From NCBI GenBank assembly GCA_964035545.1, contig OZ037765.1, forward strand, positions 1,612,001 through 1,676,000: 64,000 bases of DNA, written 5' to 3'. The notes beneath the pieces were generated by a model. It did no database searches, had not been told where the DNA came from, and was given only the letters and a program-made list of their open reading frames with translations. Position 1 is the first letter of the stretch. Each line of letters begins with the position of its first letter. This document shows, in pieces, positions 56,801-64,000 of this stretch. The position numbers and the translations under genes were made by a program. Source of the DNA: Bugula neritina (lineage: Eukaryota > Animalia > Bryozoa).

Positions 56801-58277
56801 CACCAATTTTAAGCTACAGTAAAAAAAAGTACCCACAAATATTTGGAGTGTCAATTGAAATTGCTATCACAAAATAATTGTTTTTACCAGTGTGTTAGGG
56901 AGCTTATATTTATAGAAATTTATAGTTCTTGGACACTGATATACTTAGGAATTTAAAGTTTAATTTAATATTATGAATATAGTCTAACTATTTTTACTTT
57001 GCTGGAAAATTATGTTTCTGTTTAGCCCTTTTACATGCTCCTTTGATTTTGTTGAAGTAAATTATTAAATTTTAAAAACTCAACACTTTACCAGTAATTA
57101 AACTTTGTATTTTAGGAACCATTAATGATTATTTTAATAGTGGTTAAAATACTCTGAAAAACATTAGCTATCAACATTCAGAATATTGGTGTGTAAAATC
57201 AAAACTCAAATTTACTAGCTTGCTAATTATTGTGGTGCAAGAGTTGAGATTCTTTGAATCAAGAGTGTTTATCAGCCTGTCAAAAGGGCTTCTAGTCACG
57301 AGGGTAATTTTTCTTGACTTCACTTTATTTTTATTTTCATTGTGCTCTAGTTTAATCAACACATGCTTCTTTGCTGTCACAAAATACCCATGTGCTTGTC
57401 GTGTGTTGCAAAGAACAAAAATGACAAAACTATGCAGAAAAAAATATGGTAATCGTTTTATTTTTTCTTTAAGAAGAATTTTTAAAGATTTATGTTTAAA
57501 ATGAATTTTTTATTATTTTTTCTGATTTCTTTCATTAGTATTTTTTGTTCCCTTCTAAAACTTGTTGTTTGTCCAACTTGTCTCTCTAAATTGTACTTGA
57601 TGTTATTTGTTCATATTTAATTTTATATTTGGGAAATTTTTTATAATAATTTATATTAATTGGTTTATGTCTACTACAATAGTATACAAGTATTGAAAGA
57701 TATTTTGCAGAGAAATTCTTTTGTAATCAATAAGTTTTCCAAGTTTCCTTCTCATTGATAGTAGCCAATGAACTGCAATCAAATCAGGATTCAGTGAAGG
57801 ATCAATATCTGGGTACTTGTATATATATTATTAAACTGTTATTCACCATGTCTCTGTTTATCATGAAAGCATATTTGTACAATACCAATTGAACTAATAA
57901 CATGACTATTTACTATTCCATGTTGTATTGTATTCAAGTGGTGCTTCCTTGAGACATTATACTGAGTCCTTTTTGTTCTGTAGAACTACAACTTGGTTTT
58001 GCTGACTGCAACTGAAATATAGGGATCAATGGCTGTCTCATTTGCAAAATAAAATCTGATTTACTAAGTTTTAAATACTTATACAAAACTTTAAATACTT
58101 TTGCTGTTGCTAGTTTTAATCGAATACGTGAGCTATACACTTCCTAGGTATGTTTAATAGTAATTATGTGTATAATTTAAATATCGCAGGGTTAACATGA
58201 ACTTAGTATGCTGGCAGGTGTCCCAAGTGCTCCATATTCTTTGCAGGTGCTCCCTGGATGGTTGATAGGTGTCAATC

Positions 58278-61200
58278 ATGGCAGAGATGAGCGCCAACAG
58301 TTTTCTCCACATTGGAGACATAATTTCTCTGTACGCAGAAGGCTCAGTCAATGGGTTCATCAGCACCTTGGGGTTTGTTTTCTGCTTAAGTATGCAAATA
58401 TTGTGTAAATTAAACATTGTACCTATTTCTTCAGCCTTCCATCTCTCAGACTATTGGTCTATGTTGTTCAAATGAATTGCTGCAAATACTATGGCTGTAT
58501 TCTTAAAACTGTATCACTTGCATTTACAGGGCCGTATTTTGGAAGTAATTAGCTAGAAAGTAATGAACTAGTTTCACCGATATAGACTGATGATTGAGGC
58601 ATTGCATTTGTAGGTTGGTGGATGACAGATGTGTGTTGAAACCTGATGCAGGAGACCTTACCAACCCTCCCAAAAAATTTCGAGGTTGGAAGTCTAAATA
58701 TTGCCCGATATATTATTTATTATATAATTTATCAGGCTTTTAGACTGTTTATTTTGAATTACTTCCTTGTGCACTTGGTTCGTGGAAAGTTTTGCCTGAA
58801 ATTACATTCAGATGTATAAATAAACAATACAAAGAACACAAGTTGTTTATAGGAAATTTAACAGCAGAATTATCAAAAGGATGAAGCTACTCGTAAAATA
58901 TTTTGTTGGTTGGTACAAGTTGTGGTTCTTTTGGTCCATATTATTAATTTTAGTAACCACACTTTTTGTTATTACAATACTAGCTAATGCTGGTGGGAGG
59001 ATGACGTTATGTCTGTGAATTAATGTACTTTTATTAAAGATGTATCTTTAGCTAATAAGTGTGTAGGTGTAGCTGGTACACCACAGAATTATTAGTAGAC
59101 TTCCTTTATAACTATGCTAGATATTTTTCAGTTATGTGGGCAAAAAGCTCTTCTATATTTTAATGACAAACAAGTTAGTAGTAGGCTAGTATGACTGTAT
59201 ACTGTATTGGAGGGGATGGGAATCTTCTAAATGACCCTCATTTTATTAACTGTTGGTTGAGTAAACCATTCACTCGTGTTGAGCACAAATTTACCAGGAC
59301 AGATTCTCAAACTAGGAAGCTGGGAGTGAAAGTATTTTTCCGTTTGAATTTTTAAAGTCACTTACAAGGGCACTAGAAAATGCTAGCATTTCTGGCACAG
59401 TTTTTAATAGATAAAATACATTTGACTGGTCAGTCCTTCAGTCTATGGTATAGAGAAGTAGATGGCTTTCTGGAACTCTACTCTGACTGCACAAAACTAT
59501 AGACTTGTGTTCCTACTGTATAGTAAACTAAGTGGTCCTAGTTGGACATACTCCTTCATTTCTTGTTTTGGACATGTAAAAACATATTTTTTCAGCTTTT
59601 ACTGCTGTAGTTTTTTCAAGCGCCATTGCTGAAAAACTATTGAGAGATTTGCTTGTGATAAAAATTTTTGTCAGTTGTTTGGTACTCCACATGTATGATG
59701 TAATTTTTTCACAATTTCCTTTTTAAAAGCTTCCTGTGTTGTTTATTAGTTCATATTTTGGCTCGTGTTTCTTTTCACAAGCTCTGTGAAATTTATTTAC
59801 TGATTCAAGTTATCAGAAGCTGAACTTGTTGTCACTGTAGACTGTCTCTTCAAGATTTGTCCAATGAGCAGATATTCCGCCCAAAAGCAGTTCTGGAAAG
59901 CGTCTAAACAGTCACCTACTGCTGACGCTGCCGACGCAGTTCTCCTCACTAAACTACACGTAAGTATGAGACATGCAAGTGCACTACAGAAACTTCGTGT
60001 AGTAAAGAGGTTATAGCTTATACCTGCGAAAATTCTGATAAAATTCTTCCTATAGTTGCTCGTCAAATGGATGCTTTACATTATATTATATTGGGTATTC
60101 TCGAAAGGTAAAGATAATTCTTTTAATTTATCATTCTATCGTATTGCTATCCTCTCTCTTCCCTCTGTGTTGGATGCTAGGCAACTAGGTGCAGTTTTTC
60201 GACAGCTAAGCAAAGTGCAATTGTATCTCCATTCAGTGGGTACTTAAGAGTGGATTAAGTAGAAGTCAAGCGGTACCAAAGTTATTTGACACTCCAGATA
60301 TACACACAGTGATCTCTTCGATCCAATACTGATACATATACACCCACTTTCATTAATTCCTTCAAGTGCAGATCAATGTACTTCAATGAACTCTAGCTGG
60401 TTTTCTGTGTTTATAGATGTAGCTAGGATTCAGTAAGCTGTATACTCAGGCTGTACAAATGTATCGTTTGCCAGTAACTCTCAATTATACATCGAATGCA
60501 GTTAATAGCACTAATTAAATGAGTGTATATTCATGTGCCTGTGTACTGTGTGTATACCAACTGTATAATTACCAGCTTCCCCTTTTCATGTACTGAACTA
60601 GATAGCAGCTGAGGTTGCAATAATTTAGGGTAATTAATACTTTTTGTCCCCTCTTGCTGTAAAACTGCGAAGTATTCCTATGGGAGTCCCATGTAGTTTT
60701 TGTTGCAATTTTTGATTTGTACCATGTTGGTGGGAGTTTATTTGAAGAGGCATATTTAGTACATGGTCTATGTTTAGCACATGGTCTATATTTAGCACAT
60801 GGTCTATGTTTAGCACATGGTCTATATTTAGCACATGGTCTATATTTAGCATGCTGCTGAGACTGAGAAGAAACAGAATGACCTGGAAAGCTCCAAACTT
60901 ATTGGAACTGATGTCCAGTATGGTGAGGTGGTGCAGGTACGTTGATGATATACAGTATTGTACTATTGTATTGTACAGTTGTATTCACCTTAATATATAG
61001 CATTTCTGAAAGATTTTTTAGCGGAATTATTAATCAATATAATTTATATGTTGCCCTGTAGTATAATCATGGTATTTCCACCGCCGTGGTAGGTTACGGG
61101 CAAGTCTTGTGGAGCTGATCTCCCAGTGAGCACATTTTCTGTACTTTGGAAAGTAGTCAGTCATGTATACACACACTTGTGCCTTTACAGCAGATACTCA

Positions 61201-63826
61201 TCTGTGTTTGAACATAGCATTATATACAACCTTGTAAAAACCTAAGCTCGTATCCAATAGCGTTTGTTTTGTGTGGAGAGAAAATTCAAAATTACTTTTT
61301 TGGAAGTAGTTTAATATATTTGATAGCCGTAATAATAACCGATTACTATATTCACTACATATTTAGATGTAGTTGAAGTATAGCTGCAACATACCCAAAC
61401 TTGTTGAATATTCTAATCTGTCTGTGTTATTGAACTGTTACTATTGTGGCAATAGTCTCAGGTCATGTCTGGTTATTAGCAGGTTACATCAGTTACCAGA
61501 ATTATCCATAATCAACTCATCTTTTGAGAAGTCCACTAGAAAGTTTACTAACTTATGTGTTCAGCATCAGCATGTAATGAGGGCGTGCAATTACTAGAGT
61601 GTGCTTTTTGTAAGCAGTGGAAAAGCTTCATTTAAACAGGGAAAAATGCTGCATTGATTAAACACCTGGACTATATCACTTTACATTACTTTAAAAAAGA
61701 CATCAAATATTTGACCATAATGATTATGAACTAGTAGTAATAATCTTTAGAAAAACTTAATTGCAATAGTTTAAGAGTCAAATTTGCTGCAATTTTCCAA
61801 GTGTTTTGATTATTCTGGGGCATGCGATCACGTAATTCAAAGCAGTGTTGGGTAATTAATTATATTTTGTATTTAATATATAATGTGATATATATTATAT
61901 ATCATCTTCACTCTGTCCTGTTGCTATATATTATATATAATGTATTGTCATAAATATTATACATAATTATTTATATAATTTTGAGTCAGTTAGCAAGCGC
62001 TGTGAAGCATTATATATCATATATAAAAAATTAAACCCTCTTTGAAGTTATTTTTTTCATGTAAAATAACTGAAAGCATCAATACGTCAATATTTGATTT
62101 AATTGTTAAAAAATTATAGCATTTATAGTATTTTTACTATTAGTCAATAATATTTTTAATTGATTATTTAATTAAAATTACTATATTTTAGTGTGGGTGT
62201 TACTTTGAAGGTGGAAATATTGCTGGAGATGATGCATAATATTTATAACAACTGATAATAACCCCTGTAACAGTCATAAGTCATAACACCTGATCCAACC
62301 TGTAGGAAAACTCCAAGTAATAAGAAACAAATAATGCAGTAAAATAAACTGTATTGATTTTAGTTTCAAAGCCAACTTATAATTTGTTGGATTCCCATTC
62401 TATTTTCTGAAGAATGGTTTTGGCTAACGACTCAGGTGCTACATCACTATGTTTGGGGAAGTGTTAGTAACTGTAACTAACATTATCAGTATAACTATAA
62501 TTTATAGGGCATACAGATAATTAATGGACAAACATCCACATTTCCAAGTTGTTATCACAATATATGGTGCTGTAAATACCCTTCAGTGTACACAAGTAAA
62601 AATTTACCCATCAATACTAATGAAGTGTGGTGGAAGGGAAGCATAACTACAAACAGACAAAAATCTCTGCACGCTTGTCATACCTGAAGTTGACATTGTT
62701 TTTGTATATTTTGTAAATATATTTTGTTTAAGGTCTTTAGATTAGGAACTAAAGTACTGCTAATTCTCTAAATTGACATTTTAATATCAAATATTATTTT
62801 TAAATTATATGGTGAAGTCAATTGCGATATTTAAGAAAATTTCATAGAATATTCCATATACGCTGTACTTTATATTTTCTTGAAAAAGCCAAAATCAAGA
62901 TTCTGCGCTTTACAGCCTCTTTTACATCATGTCAAGGTTAGGCGCACTTACTGTGTTGAGCTAATAAAATGTTTATAGCACCTGAAGGTATGCCCAGTTG
63001 GTTTTGACGATTGTTTAGGCATGTCTTAAGTTCACTGCAGATTGAACTGGCAGGATTATGAGCTTTTCCAAGAATGTAAGCTGAGGCTGTCTGTTGTTTA
63101 AACAATTTGGTTTTGTTGTTCCTTAATTACATTACAAGCAACTCAACTTACTGTCTTTTATATCCAGGAAATATCCAGGAACTTTGTTGAATTTATACAG
63201 TTAAATAGTAATAACAGTAACAGCAGTAATAGCAGTATCAATAGTTATGGTTATACTCACAATTATAGCTATATAGATATATAGATATAAAAATTGTTAT
63301 AGCAATAAAATTTGAATTTGTACAGTAGGCTATGTTTAATGTTATTTAGCAACCAATATATATTTAATTTTTGGACTATTATAGTTTTGCGTTGGTTTAA
63401 TAAATTGCCTTTATAGTAGAAAAAACATCTTTTAGACATATTTGTGTGAAAAATGATTTAATTCAATTAATTTAATTGTACATCCATAAAGGATCAATGC
63501 TCATTTAAATTTAATCAAAGATTGAATTAATTTTTTCTCCAATTCGCAAAATTTAAAATCTTGAATTTTAATTTTAACAGTTTTGACAATTTACGACTGC
63601 TTGCTAATAGGAGTTGTCTCATGATAGCTGGCGAGTTTGCAGGCTGACCTTGAACTCTGTGTTTTAGCTGCTGCACCTGAAGAGCAACAAGTATCTCACA
63701 GTGAACAAGAGACTGCCAGCTCAGTTAGAGAAGAATGCTATGAAAGTAACTCTGGACATGGCGGGAGATGAGGGCTCCTGGTTCTACATCCTCCCCTTCT
63801 ACAAGCTCAGAGTGACTGGTGACAAG
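58278..63826 (+). CDS. ITPR: Inositol 1,4,5-trisphosphate receptor, 5' part (suppressor domain); continues past the window
   Basis: Exons 58278-58372, 58614-58684, 59841-59959, 60850-60936 and 63668-63826 give [84 protein letters not shown]. Confidence 0.97.
60752..60851 (+). repeat. 18-bp minisatellite, 5-6 copies, containing an ITPR 3' splice site
   Basis: Unit CACATGGTCTATATTTAG. AG ends fall at 60759, 60777, 60795, 60813, 60831 and 60849 (the real acceptor). Confidence 0.95.
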
Positions 63827-64000
63827 GTGGGTCAGAACTTAGTCTATGCTTTATAGTGATACTAGGGCTAGGGCCATTTACATATGAATGTAATTTATTA
63901 GAATTACATGAAAATTTGTCCATTATAAATACAGTTATTATTACAGTTAAAAATGAGTGTAATTTATTACATTTACATAATAATTTACTCAATTACAATT

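Overview
AT-rich, intron-rich genomic DNA from an invertebrate animal; the PKA splicing layout suggests a lophotrochozoan (inference). I reconstructed genes by hand from GT-AG junctions and reading-frame phase. In order: (1) the 3' part of an active caspase-3/7-like gene (+); (2,3) two complete tandem caspase paralogs (+) with intact frames but a destroyed catalytic dyad and a deleted substrate-binding loop, i.e. candidate pseudo-caspases; (4) TMEM241/SLC35D4-like transporter (-); (5) CEP95 (-); (6) PKA catalytic subunit (-) with two alternative first exons, a mutually exclusive catalytic-loop exon pair and a second, divergent C-terminal exon; (7) SAMD15 (+), head-to-head with PKA; (8) the 5' part of an IP3 receptor (+). 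The most notable non-coding patterns are five minisatellites whose repeat unit contains the real splice site, and degenerate period-6 ANT-ATN tracts near the 5' end of nearly every gene. No prokaryotic features, CRISPR arrays or rRNA were seen.
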